DNA of 64,000 nt from Balanoglossus misakiensis (Eukaryota > Animalia > Hemichordata), in the NCBI GenBank assembly GCA_040954595.2, contig CM082576.2, positions 12,775,129-12,839,128 of the forward strand, written 5' to 3'. Shown here piece by piece: positions 1 through 12,700 of this stretch. The notes beneath the pieces were generated by a model. It had not been told where the DNA came from and made no database searches. It was given only the letters and a program-made list of their open reading frames with translations. The translations under genes were made by a program, and so were the position numbers. How positions within the stretch are numbered: the first letter of the stretch is position 1; every line of letters begins with the position of its first letter.

Positions 1-1653
1 CTGCACCGACACTAACAATGCAGTCCATGAAGACACCCGAGCGTCCTGTTGTAACTCCACGTAAGTGTTTTTGATAATTAACCTAAAGCTGTTTTAAATT
101 TCTTTACTATATTTTGCGTATCAACCAAGGTGCTTGGGTTCCCTGTGACTGATCACCGTGTGATGCATTTGTTTTTTATGATGGTTTTGTCAATTTTATA
201 GTCAGTTATAGTCAGTTACAGATATCAATTACATTTAAAGGACTATCATTATTAAATTCAGAAACATTTTAATTCTGCAATAAAATCAACAATTAGACGT
301 ACAAGTTGTGTTTTTTTCTTTCCATGTACTGTAATACACGATTTATTTATCTCGAGCAGTTACACTGACGAAGAATTTCTCTTTTTATTCTTTTTATCAG
401 AGCCCAATGACATCACTGTAATCATCATCATCGTCCTTGTGATTGTTGCACTTTTGGTTATCGTAGCAATCATAATCACTTACTATCGTCGGTAAGTTTT
501 GTCACGTGTTTCTTGTTCAGTTGTCAACGTAGGGGGAGCTGTCCGGGTCAGTTTCACTCATCAGCATTTTTGACCTGAGTCCCGCGCTCATGGTGCAAGT
601 ATAACCAGAACTGCAGATGGCCTTTCTTGGAGTACGTTATATGATAATCGCTCTTTGGTGTTGATTTTGTCAAACTGATGACGTCACAGTCTCTCCTCCA
701 TGCAGGGACCAGCATAGCTGTGGAAACGCGGCTGCAGCATGTGGGGTGTGGATTTGAGCAGGGCAGATTCCCTCACGTTGCCGTAAAGCTGCGTTTTCAG
801 CGGGCATAATAAGTGTAACTTACGTAGCATATTGTTTTTCTTGTAAAGGCGACAAGGACGATGTTTCAACAAGATTGATGAACCTGAGGAGAATCCGAAA
901 GGTAACGAACTTATCCCCGTTAATAACGAAATTAATTCTTCGAAGGAGGACAACAAAGAAAACGAAATGAAGGAGGGCGTCCCCAATCCTGCTGAAAATA
1001 ATGAAGAGCATGACTACGTCTATGTATCAGACGACAAAAACCAAACCGACTATGTCAAAGTATCAGACGACAAAAACCCAACTGACAATGTCAAAGTATC
1101 CGAGGACAAAAACCCAACCGACTATGTCAATGTATCAGACGACAAAAACCAAACCGACTCTGTCAAAGTATCAGACGACAAAAACCAAACCGACTATGTC
1201 AATGTATCAGACGACAAAAACCAAACCGACTATGTAATAGGGGACAAAAACCAAACGATGAATGGCGACTTGAGAGATCCGCAAAGTGAGACTGAGAAAG
1301 GAAAAGAACACGAGATTGGGAAGCCGAATGGCGCTGCAGGGGAAAGGAATCCGACCAGCAACGCCAGTGAGATCTTGTCACCGAATATTCAAAATCCAGT
1401 CACACCACAGTCGCACGACAAGAAAGAGCCTGAACCCCAACCCAGTTCATCCGACGCGTTAGAAGATGGCTTTGTTTATGCTGTCGCTCCCAAGGCGGGA
1501 TACGTAAAGAATGTAAAGGAGGCGTCAATAGTTAAACATCCGCATAGTCTCATGGCAAAAGAAACCAAGGCAAAAGAAACCAAGCTTTCTCAGCCGACGC
1601 ACACTGGGGAAGACCAGCCTATGTATTTGACACTCGAGCATGAAGCAGTCTAA
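1..1653 (+). CDS. Single-pass transmembrane protein (gene 1 of cluster; 5' part outside window) with tyrosine-repeat cytoplasmic tail; exons <1-60, 401-491, 849-1653
   Basis: GT-AG junctions keep one frame: ...APTLTMQSMKTPERPVVTP | QPNDITVIIIIVLVIVALLVIVAIIITYYR | RRQGRCFNK... into ORF 967-1653. Clear hydrophobic TM followed by a basic stop-transfer; AATAAA at ~1754. Confidence 0.85.
1012..1257 (+). repeat. Coding 36-bp tandem repeat (~7 units) encoding DYV(K/N)VSDDKNQT
   Basis: Unit gactatgtcaaagtatcagacgacaaaaaccaaacc starts at 1012, 1048, 1084, 1120, 1156, 1192, with a shortened copy at 1228. Confidence 0.95.
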
Positions 1654-4116
1654 ACTGCGGCCATCGCTATCCACGCCTCTCCCTATATACACGATGTATT
1701 TGGACGTTTGGTATAAACGGTTGTTGCAAGAAATCACACAATTACTCCCATTAAATAAACGCAACTTTTGCCAGCAGGTTAGACTTAGTCGGACAAGCTT
1801 GACGCGAACGAAGACGTCAAGTTTTTGTTTTGTGATTCTACGCACGCAGCTACCTCCATGTTCTGACTCTTCCGGAAACCATGGACTTTCCGAGATCCAC
1901 GTGACAGAACAGTTTACAAAACATCAATCAGCATCTGATCGGGGACACGATCATCAAACTCATCGGGAGCGTAATACAGTGGCACGGGACACTAGTAGTT
2001 GTCATATCACACTTTAAACTGAAGGTTCTTTGGAGTCCTTATCACTTGGAAATGCCAATAACAGTAATTGTGCTTTGACGTCCCGGTTTGAAGTACGCTG
2101 CATGTACTCGTTCTCAGACGATGGTGCAGCAACCCGCTACTCTGTTATCTATCCAATCTTACCACTCGGTCTCTCCATCTCAAAGACGAAGTGCGGTCTT
2201 GCTGGGTCTTGTAGCAAAACCACTGGAAATGTATGATGACTACAGTTTGAGTGTTCATTATATCCTATTTTAGGGGCACAATATTCGGCATATCATATGT
2301 TATCCCCGACTGTGGCAACGTTTACATTGCAAGTTTAATGGCTAACTATCTTCAGGAATTTGTTTCGCTTTATTCTTGATGTGTGAATAATGTTTTAACC
2401 ATCCTACTAACTGAACACGTCTCGACTGATCGGGACTAAAGCGATTTTAACACAGTTATGTTACATCAGGAGAATTATTATATATGGTTTTTGAATCCAA
2501 CATAATCAAGATTCGGGAAGTAGATAAAAAGACCCTTACATTAACTCAAACATATCACGTTATTTTAAAATCTTCCTTAGTTTGAATATTTTACTCGGTG
2601 GTGAAGGTTTGGAAATTATATTTTTCTATGGTTCTTCTGAATACTATTATCCTGGAGACCGAAACATGTCACATTTACACGAAAATTGAAAGTTATATAT
2701 ATATGTATATATATTTTGGTGACTTTGGGTTTTATATCGGGCAAATTTGGTCAGTCTTGTTGATTCGCTCGTTTTTATGATGTGAACCGCTAAAATTGTT
2801 TATTAATAAACGGTTATAGTTTAAATCTAGTGTCATTTTAACCCAAACTGCCAAACCCATTACTGTATCTTTCGCGCAGCTGTTGCGTTACCCCCCCCCA
2901 ACAAATGTAATAATTAATACGCATTGGGTTAATTATTAATAGTGTGGTGATACAGCTGTGAGAGGCCTCCAGACGAAACTGTCCCCTCCCTTCTGTGTGC
3001 ACATGCTTGTAGCTTTGTTGTAGTGGTGTCTCATCGTGAATGAAAACAGCGAGCGACAACCACCTGTTAAGAACAGCACAGCTCTTCGGTGTAGTGTAAC
3101 GAGGAACAAGCATAATTGGTCCTACCAGTAAGCTTACACGTTTATTCCAGTCAATGTCACGTCATCATACTATTGAGTCAAAGGTCAAATTGGATTCCCG
3201 TTTGGGGGATGTGTGGACGATCCAACACAGCAAGCCTGAAGAGCCATCTTTTGCACGGAGTTTCTGAACAAATCGCAGTTTCTAAGATTCAACATTCGAT
3301 GAAAAGTTTCTGGGTACAAATTGAAGCTGAAAGGGTTTGTCGTTGCAGTAGTTCCGCTCGGTGTAACTACCGATAAATGTCAAATTTCTGCTCTCCTGGT
3401 TCTATATCATTGTATTGTTTTCACCTGGCGTGGATAACATGACAAGGTAAATTATTTCGATATTTATTTGCTATTTACAGAAGAAAATATTAGCGGAGCG
3501 GCGTAAGTTCAGGAAGTCGAGCTCGGTAAGATGCGCACCCGGAATTGTGTGCTGAAAACACCCCCATTCAAACACAAATGATTGCAGTATCAGTATTACG
3601 GAGATAAAATACCAGGAAAAAAAACGTAACAAAACTCGCGGAACAGGGTTTCCTCGACAAAAGGCTTGTGTCTATATGTGTTTCACGTTTAGTGTAGCCT
3701 GCAGTCTATCTTTTAGACCGGGCTTACGCGGAGCTGACAATATAATAGAACAATACCCGCGGTGCACGTTTACTGCTCTGACAGTGGGTAAATCCCTGAC
3801 GTGACAACTGTGGTATACCTGGAAGCTTATGTCTGTATCACGGGGACTGATGTCAGTGTTTACACGGAATGACGATAAGAAATACATTTACACACGTTAT
3901 TTTATAGTTTCTGGTGAACGGAAATCCACGTTTAAGTTAAATTCGCCCTGTCTCTTACGTATCCGCGCGTTTGCCTCCGCCCTCTCACCAGGTAGCGAAA
4001 TTGTAACGTTTTGCAATCGACCGGCGCTTGTGATGGTGACACCGGCAGATACCGGTATCGATTTGATGGAAATATAAAGTGGACTCCTCTGATACAATAT
4101 CAGATCTGCGGGGATC

Positions 4117-5630
4117 ATGGGAAACGCCGAGAAAGAATTCTGCTACGGCAGCGCAAGGAACGACGCAGTTTTGTCGTGCGACTGTGTCGGGGATCTACCG
4201 GGACCGCCGAAGTCACCGCCGGCCGTCCCCTTGAGACCGACGTCAATCCCGCCAACACCTGGCGAACAAACAACTCTACCGCCTGTAAGCGGTAAGTGTC
4301 TGACATGGCCTCCTTTTGTAGCTGGCTGGTGTGGGGAAGTAAGTCAGTGTTTGTTGAACAAGAAACGGTAGATTGCAAACAAACGCCAGGTAAACACCTC
4401 ACGATTCTGTAATACGTTTTCCCAGGTTGTCAAATTGGCCAATTCTGTCACGTGATCTGTGAACCTGGGCGACGTCACGGAAGCGTGATTATTTGCAGAA
4501 AATTATTATAGTTTTATATCATGATAAATTTTCGCTTGTTAGACAAACAATTCTCGATGAGTTAGTAAATTATCTACTTTAGGGTTGTGACAGGAAATGG
4601 ACCTTTTCAAATTGATGGTAAGAATCCTTACACTGTTCTTGGAAAGAGTGAATGTAGGGTAACTAGAAAAATATGAGCTTTGTTGGCCTTTTTGTAAAAA
4701 ATGATACATGCATATGCGTCCCCACCCAAAAATATAATAATTAACATGTTAATGGGTAACCATATTGATCATTCTTTCTTTTATAGTAAGATACATTAGT
4801 ATATCTTCGCATGAAAACCACTGTTTGCCATAAGCCGACCATTTCACGTACAAAAATCCACAACTTCCTGGGTGAAACGAAATAACAAATGAAATTCATC
4901 AGTTTTTTTGTGTTTTCCAGGAGACGACGCCACCATTATCATTATTTGCGTCGTGGTGGGAGTAGTTGTCCTGGCACTAGTCATTTTAGCGCTTGTGTAT
5001 TGGTTCAGGTGCAGGTAAGTCTTCTCTTGCGTCTTGAGTATGATATCATGGAAGAAATGACTTATCCAGCGATGTGATGATGGTGGTGGTGATGATGATG
5101 ATGATGGTGGTGGTAGTCAAATTGACATCATCATTTACGGCATCGGTCGTGAACACAGAGAGACCCCTGCTACTATACGTGAACGGCGGTAAGCACAACC
5201 GTTGTTAGGCCCTAGTTACCATGGCATGTGCCGCAAAGTAGAAGACCAGATGACGGTTGTGTCGACGACTTGTCTCCTAAAATTGTAATTCAACCCTAAC
5301 CTATTAATGTCATTTTTTCTTATTTATTTACCAACTTATGATATTAAACTGCAGTTTATCGCTTTTCGTCAAAACAGGAAAACCGAATCGAAGAGCGATA
5401 CGACCGCTGTGGTGAAAGAAGAAGAAGAGATTTCCACGATCGCCGGAAATACTAACAATGTATATATGCATCATAGGGAAACCCCAAATATGATGTCAGA
5501 TATAAACGAACATAGATCACATAGATCCACTGCCAAAGCGACGAATCGCACGGGACACAATGGGGGTACTGTTATTCACACAAAAACCACAGAAGCGGAT
5601 TATTCCAATAGAGAAGTGACCTCTTTGTGA
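4117..5630 (+). CDS. Small single-pass membrane protein (gene 2, ~173 aa from M4117); exons 4117-4291, 4921-5014, 5378-5630; possible upstream exon ~3349-3446
   Basis: MGNAEKEFCYGSARNDAVLSCDCVGDLPGPP, then a Pro/Thr stalk | GDDATIIIICVVVGVVVLALVILALVYWFRC | RKTESK...EVTSL*. Canonical GT-AG sites and consistent phases (1, 2). True start uncertain. Confidence 0.75.
5075..5114. repeat. (GAT)/(GGT) microsatellite
   Basis: tgatgatggtggtggtgatgatgatgatgatggtggtggt in the last intron of gene 2. Confidence 0.8.
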
Positions 5631-5711
5631 GCAAGAACTCAAAGAATGGTAACGAAACAAAGAGTTGAAAGACTGTAAAAGACAGCAGCTTTGTCGACAT
5701 TGACTGCAATG

Positions 5712-5850
5712 GTGTATTTGAGCGTTCTAAATAACATATGTTGGCGCTTTTTTTTCGCGTGTGCCATCCACTGAAAATCTGTGATTGGCTAGATCTCAAG
5801 TTGTCATGGTAACAGTAGCTAAATTTGCATAGGTAACCGTATACCTTTAA
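5712..5850 (-). mobile_element. Interspersed repeat / DNA transposon end (copy A), terminating at TTAA
   Basis: Reverse complement of 15567-15707 with scattered mismatches; ends ...ccgtatacct|ttaa. TTAA plus an AGG terminus suggests a Kolobok-type non-autonomous element (inference). Confidence 0.7.
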
Positions 5851-6717
5851 TTAATAAAGTTTACTGTAAACAATAAAATATCACTTTCACTCATAATAAA
5901 TTAACAAAACTAATCAAAAGAGTATCACGGTGTGTTTCGATCCAATCAATATTCACATTACAAGGATTAATAAGTATTTTTATGACTCGAAGGTAAGTCA
6001 TTTGAAGTTTGACGTTCATGTGAAGTAGAAATACATTGTCAGGATCGGGCAAAATTTGAATCGCGGTACTCTAGGTGTGTCGCCCTCAGCGTTCGAAATT
6101 ACATATTAACGGCATGGACCTAGCCTGTAACCTTTGACCTTTATTATAATACCAGCGAAAAGAATTATTTTCTGTATGCTATTTCCTGCTTCCTTGTGTG
6201 TGTTACCTGTTTACAGGAGTCCATGGCTACCAAAGGGTATCATCCGTATGTCTGAATTTTGACCTTTGGGCAGACTACACGTGTTTTTTTTTAAACCCAG
6301 GACGGTGGAGGTTGTACACAGCCCGTATATTTCGCTCGCATTTGATTTGTTTTAGAGCGAGGAGTGAGTTGCGTCTTCGACCAAATTACATTCATTTGTT
6401 TTACCTGCACCGCTCCGGACACTACATGTACTACGGTAAGGTGCCTGAGCTGAAACCACATGTCCTTATTGGGGATGCAACTGTAAGTGTGGAGAGTGTT
6501 TCCAGTGAAACTTGAGTCAGTGTACAGGGTTTTGATGACGATATAAAAGTGCTCATCACTTCCAGTTCCACCATCCGTTTCCGACCTCTCCAAAACAACC
6601 CACACATGATCAAACTTCGAAGAGAGTCGTTCTGTACTGACCCAAAACCTGTGTTTGAACTGGGGTTTCTAACGCTTCTTCATCTGTGAACGAAGGAACA
6701 AGAGGGAAAATTAGGAG

Positions 6718-9700
6718 ATGGCGAAGACTGCAAACTGGGACAGTTATTTGTGTCTTTCGCTGGTAAGTATGCAGAAACATCGACTGATAAAGACGGAGTC
6801 ATCTATCATAAAGTGTTGCGTTGCCATGACACTGCGTTGTTGATAATCTGGTACATTATATGTTGTGATGGAGTGGTACAGATTAGTACGTATGCTAGTA
6901 CGTGTAAAACTTAACTGACATTGTACCATAAATCCCGATGACCATAAAGCCCTTGCATTTTGTAGACAGATTTATGTATTTGTATGTGTGCCCAGAAAAA
7001 GAAAAACCAAAAAATATTATTAAATTCCTCTTTTTATGACTAATTTACCACCTCAGTGATGCAGGAATTTAGCCTCACAGAAATGTGAAAGTAAATTGTG
7101 GTGTACATAAAATACATTTTCACCGATGTCTGCTCTATCAAGGCATGTTATGTGGGCCACAGTGGAGGGACTGTGTGTGGCCTGCATGCATACACATGTA
7201 TGCAAAATTGTTTTCAAGTCTAAGTGAAAGTCCCAACCTGTATGGGAGTATTGGTTACAGGAAATGACAGAGGATATCCTATACAGTAACACTTCAAGTC
7301 CCACCAACATAACTGGGTAGTTTATAACTCAACCATTGAAGGTTTAATCAACTTCTACAATCCATTAATTTAAAAGCAGTGGTAGGGTTTTAGAAGTCCA
7401 AGAAATCTTTTTTGCTACCTCGTTCTACCTGCTGAACCTTCTGTGGTGAACACAATTGTGTCGATAAATACCATACAAATTTCCATCTCATTTATCAATG
7501 TTCTCTTTCAGTGCTTCATTGCCATAGAACTGTCAGGAGTGCACACAGAGCAATATTGCTATGGATCGGTTTCGTCAACCAAGCTTACCTGCACTGGGTG
7601 TCCACCAGACCTTCCTGGACCACCACCTGTCCCGCCCACAATTGGTGGATCAGGTAAATGTGGCTGTGCCAGCAGAACCATAGTTCATGGTGACGAAATA
7701 ATTGTCACCTCTCCTTCACTCACTCACCATTTGAAGGATGTTACATACTGTAAAACGGGAAATTTTCGCGACAGAAAATTTTCGCAGTATCAACAGAGGC
7801 GACTATTTCGCGTCTTTATTTGGCTCTCGTGAAGTTCGCAAAAATTTATTGTTTTGCGAAAATTTCCCGTTTTACAGAATGTTGGGTGTTTTATAAATGC
7901 CATCTATGGTGAAGGAGATACGCATGTGAGAACAAGCAGTCACTGTATTATTTAATTAATAAGTATGGTCTTAGACTGTACATGTATAATGTACACTGAG
8001 TACAAATGTACAAATGTAGTTGTTTTGTTTTGTGGAACAGAGCTCTGAGTTCTGCTAGTGTTCCTTTGTTGGATGGTGACCAAAATGTATGGTGCAGCTG
8101 TCCTACTTTTTAAGTGATCAGTATTGCGGGTATTAGTTCTAAATTGGATTCCATAAGCGACTGGAAGCCCAATTGATGCATGTCTTTGAGTATGGATACA
8201 TGTTGGTGCGAATATGTGACAAACAGCATTATTATGTGTTCTCTCTGTAGCAGATTAAATTGTATGGTTGGCAAGCCGTATAACAGAACATTGCCATTTA
8301 GTATGGATTAATTTGAGAAGTGTTTTTGTACGTGTAGATAAAGGTACCGGTAACCTTGTGTATCTATATGCAAGTTGTTTATTTCCTGGTGAGAAAGTAT
8401 AATCTGTTGGACAATGTACATTTTTCTTCCATACTTCATCTGATTGCAGCATTGTCCAAGCAAATTTATGATGACTCAGTAATGACTTGATGTAAATTTG
8501 TGTGCGAATACAATGTATGTACATCAACCATAATACATCATACAGTGACCTAGTTATGTTGGCTCTTGTTCAACTGAAAGTCAAAGACTTAAAAATGACC
8601 CTTGAACTACATGTAAGGCATACATACAATGTAGTCATGTACTACATGTACTTGTTGCAGTCCCTAGGGAGGTACAATGTATTGTGTGATAAAAACGTAG
8701 GATGTGTGCATAATTATGCTGATAGAATGAAAAGAATACTAGATGCTGGCAAATGTGTTCAATAACACATCTCAAAGCTGTATTTGTAGCAGTATGTATC
8801 ACGTTGCTATGTACAAGTAGAGTGAGGTGCACTGTTTACAACCACTCTGCTGCTACGTGTACAAGCCTCCTGTGACAGTGTTGTAAGTACAGTATCTCAG
8901 AGACATGTACAATGTATGTGTCCTAAGATTACAATGCACATGTGTCGTAATTGTGTTTCTAGGATGTATGACGTGCAAGAAAGTCACAGCTGACAGACAT
9001 CTGGGTTACAAATGACTTCTGTTGACATTTGTGACACGGTTGTCATTTATCAAAGCCGATTTCAATTGATGAAATTTTTAGTTGGCATTTATATTTTCAC
9101 TTGGATTCATCAGTTCACAAGAAGTAAAGATCAACTGAATGCAGTTATGATTTTGTTTGTATTTGTTTTGTTTGGATACTGTTGCGCCCCAATTTCACCT
9201 CAACCGATTGATTGATTATTTTGAGTCATGACTTACTCACCAGGTTAAGGTACACATACATTTAGTTAGAAAGTGGCACATGTATGATTGCAATGTAATA
9301 TGCATGCATGATTTCTTTCTATTCCTTTGAATTTCTCAGCTAATACCACTGCAGAACCCCCTGCACTGGTAAACACCACTCACATTACTTCCGTGGCACC
9401 ATCTACAATTGCTTATACGACCGCTAGCCCTGCACCATTTGCTACAACTGCCCCTGCCATAAATGCTACCATTTTGTCTACGCCAGCCTCCGCTATAAAC
9501 ATTACAACAGAACCGTTGGCTACGACAGTGCTTGCTACCACCTTAGAATCAATGACAACGGCTACTGCAAAAGTTACTGTAAAACCACCAGCCACAACTA
9601 CATGTACCACTGCTAAAGTTGCTACTTCTGAACCAACAAAATTGACCGATATTGTTACCGTGTCCGAGGCTGCTACTGCAACTCAAGAACCGTTTCAAAC

Positions 9701-12700
9701 AGGTGGTATAATATAATATCATACAGCAGGGTGCATTTCCTCATGATCACTTGAGTGAGAAACTGAAACAAATCCCCAAAGTATATAAACTGAACCTAAA
9801 TCCACTTTGCGAACAGGATGTCATGAAAATTATTTTGTACGCTCCACATTTCACAGATTTATACTGGGTCGCAATTTGATTTCTAAATTTGTGTTTTATC
9901 AGTGCATACACATAATGACTCATTTGATACACGAGTTAGAGGTGAATTGATGTTAATCTTGCATAAGGTAACATCAATCTATTGAATGAAAAGCAGCTGA
10001 TTCTGAATGAAAATAACTAAAGCTTGCGATTCTCCAAGCAGCTCTTCAAATATAAATGACAAACATGTGTCCCTTAATAATCCCTCCACTCATATACATA
10101 CATAGATGATTGTGTAGAGGTAGCATGAGAATCAAATTTTCATTGGTGTGCTCTTTAATACTTGCAAGGTTGCATGCTATGTACACATATGTTTTTCAGT
10201 ATGTTTTGATGTCATGCTCTAGTGACTCGAGAATCAGCTGCTGCCATATATTTGTGTTGAAGGGACAAATTAGCCAGTGTCAACCGGGATTTTTGTTGCA
10301 GCTATCACCCTATCCTGTATACACCTCTGCATGCTGCCATGATTTGCATTGTACTGTATATTACTGATGATGATACATGTACATGTATTCATGTATGATG
10401 CCCAGATTGCTCGCTTTTTGTCTTGACTTTCTCGTATCTCCATTTGGGTTTCTCCAGCCAGCACCACCTTTGTGCCTACTGCACCCGTCGCTACCACCTT
10501 AGACCCGCTGGCTCCAACAGCCAGTGAGAACGCTACCTTAGATCTGCTGGCCACTACGGCCGCTGCTAATGTTACCATAGAACCAATAAGTGCTATAAAT
10601 GCAACCCATCCTCCCACTGCGACTGAAGAACCCATCGTACCAGGTGGTATTTTAGAAATGATATCCTGTAGTGTTTTACATTAAAGTAGCATTGCCTTTT
10701 TGTAAAATTTGTATAAACGTGTTGTGTCTGGGTCCAACTGTGGCTATCACTTTTAATTGCATGCAGACTGTGGTAATACACAGTGAATTTCACATATTTT
10801 ACAAAAAAAGGGAATGCGAATTTAAGATGTGGGTGTACATTCATGTGAAGACCCTCCCACCCTGTGTGATGAGACATCTAAACCCTTTGGTGGAAACTGA
10901 CTGATCTATAACAAGATTTTGAAATCTCGTAGTGAAATTGATCTATTTTGTGATTTTTATCAGTGCATGTTTTTGAGTGAAACACATTACTTTTTAGAAT
11001 GAAGGTTCGTATTTTGATCAATTTTGTTTCTGAATCAATGCAGTAATGAATTTTAGTTAGTGACTAAATGCACGCAAGTACCAGTAAATATAAATTTAAG
11101 ATATTTTAAAGGCCAGAAATATCTTTTGACAAAATTTCCTGCATGCTACATGTATTTACATTTGAGTATATAACTGTTGGGGAAGAAGTAAGAACTACAA
11201 AAATGATAACAAGGTTTGAAATCTGATGCCCTGTTATCTATTCTGTGATAAAAAAATTTGCATTCAAACTATACTTTCACTTTCAGAACGGGAGGACTTT
11301 GGATGCTATCGTTAGTCTGTAACTGCATTGATAACACAAAGAAGCATGCATAACAAAATTAACTTTTTGAATTTTTTTTTGTTCATGATTTGAATGCATG
11401 TCACAATACATGCTTATGGAGATATATATTGTATTTACACAATGCATTAGATGTCTACAGGGAAGGACTAATGGAGGCTAGGAAATACATCCCATATTTC
11501 ATATATACCATACAATGCCATCAATGAAACAAATAACACAGTTGTATGTACACCTACATCTTTAGATGATCAATAATACATGTGCATGCTAAAAGTAAAA
11601 CGTAATCATCATGGTAATTATCTTTATCCCGTTAATCTGTGATCTGTACCCTGTGATAAAAAATTTATGTATTATCAGTTAAATATGCAATATGGAGCTT
11701 GAACTTTGCTTGGATGTCAGACTGGATTGATACAGAACACATAAGAATTCATTTTTTTCTTCATGAACGTTTCATTTGATCTGTTGTGAAACTGGATATG
11801 GTCTAGTAGAAATTTAGGACAAACGTAAATTGAATGACTTTCAACACAAAATTAAAAACACTCCAGGCAAAACATCCATGTATTTCTTACATCCAAAGTT
11901 TCAAAGCTCCGAATTGCTTTTAAACTTAATAACTGGTATTGCAATCATACAATCAACTGTTCACACTATCTTTGAAACATAATTTATTTAAGTCTTGATA
12001 ATATTTTATTAAAAAATAATATTTGAAATCTTAAGGCAAGACCAGTGAGTACAATGGAGTATGTTCAATAGGCATTGCTGCAGGATTTCGAATTCACTGT
12101 CAAATCTAGCTGACTCCATAGAAGAGTCAGTCACTACTGGTATATAAAATTATTAAAATTGTTTATGTTTGTTTGGTAAAATATTATACGTTACCATCAC
12201 TACATATGTTTATGTAATCAACAATTCTTGGATATTTTTTCTGGCATATCCTGCTTCAAACAATGTTGCTAACCATTATGTTCACATTGTACTATGGTTT
12301 TGTCTTAATTTGCATAAATATTAACATATTCGTGTAATTCATTTATGAAATATACACCAGTAATTGCACTTAAACTTAAAAGTAATTGTGTCAACTGTAT
12401 AATTTTAGATGTTAATATAAATTTTTAAAGTTAAAGTTTGAAGATTAAAGAAATTTTTTGGTAGATATTGTTGATAAATTACCATATGGCACACCATTGC
12501 TACCATAGTACGTTTCCATGGGAATATTAATTTTATTGATGAGTTGATATCGGGCGTTGCATTGCTCTTTTGGTCTTTTGACCGCGTGTCTGTTATTTGT
12601 GAGATCTCATCAAGTGTGTGTGAGTTCGTTTTGTTTTGTTTCTGTGCTTTGGTAGTCATAGTGACCAGATGGACGGGTAAATGATGATAGCTTCAAAATT

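Noticed and set aside
1001-1237. Alternative-frame ORF MSKYQTTKTKPT repeat
   Set aside because: By-product of the stop-free 36-bp repeat; the spliced TM exon leads into the DYV frame.
6156-6440. Possible degenerate fourth receptor paralog (..CYLFTGVHG; ..CFTCTAPDTTCTT)
   Set aside because: No start codon or consistent splice path could be built; the similarity is too short to support.
7970-8950. Dense TACATGTA/TGTACA motifs
   Set aside because: Occur throughout the window as compositional background with no defined unit or boundaries.
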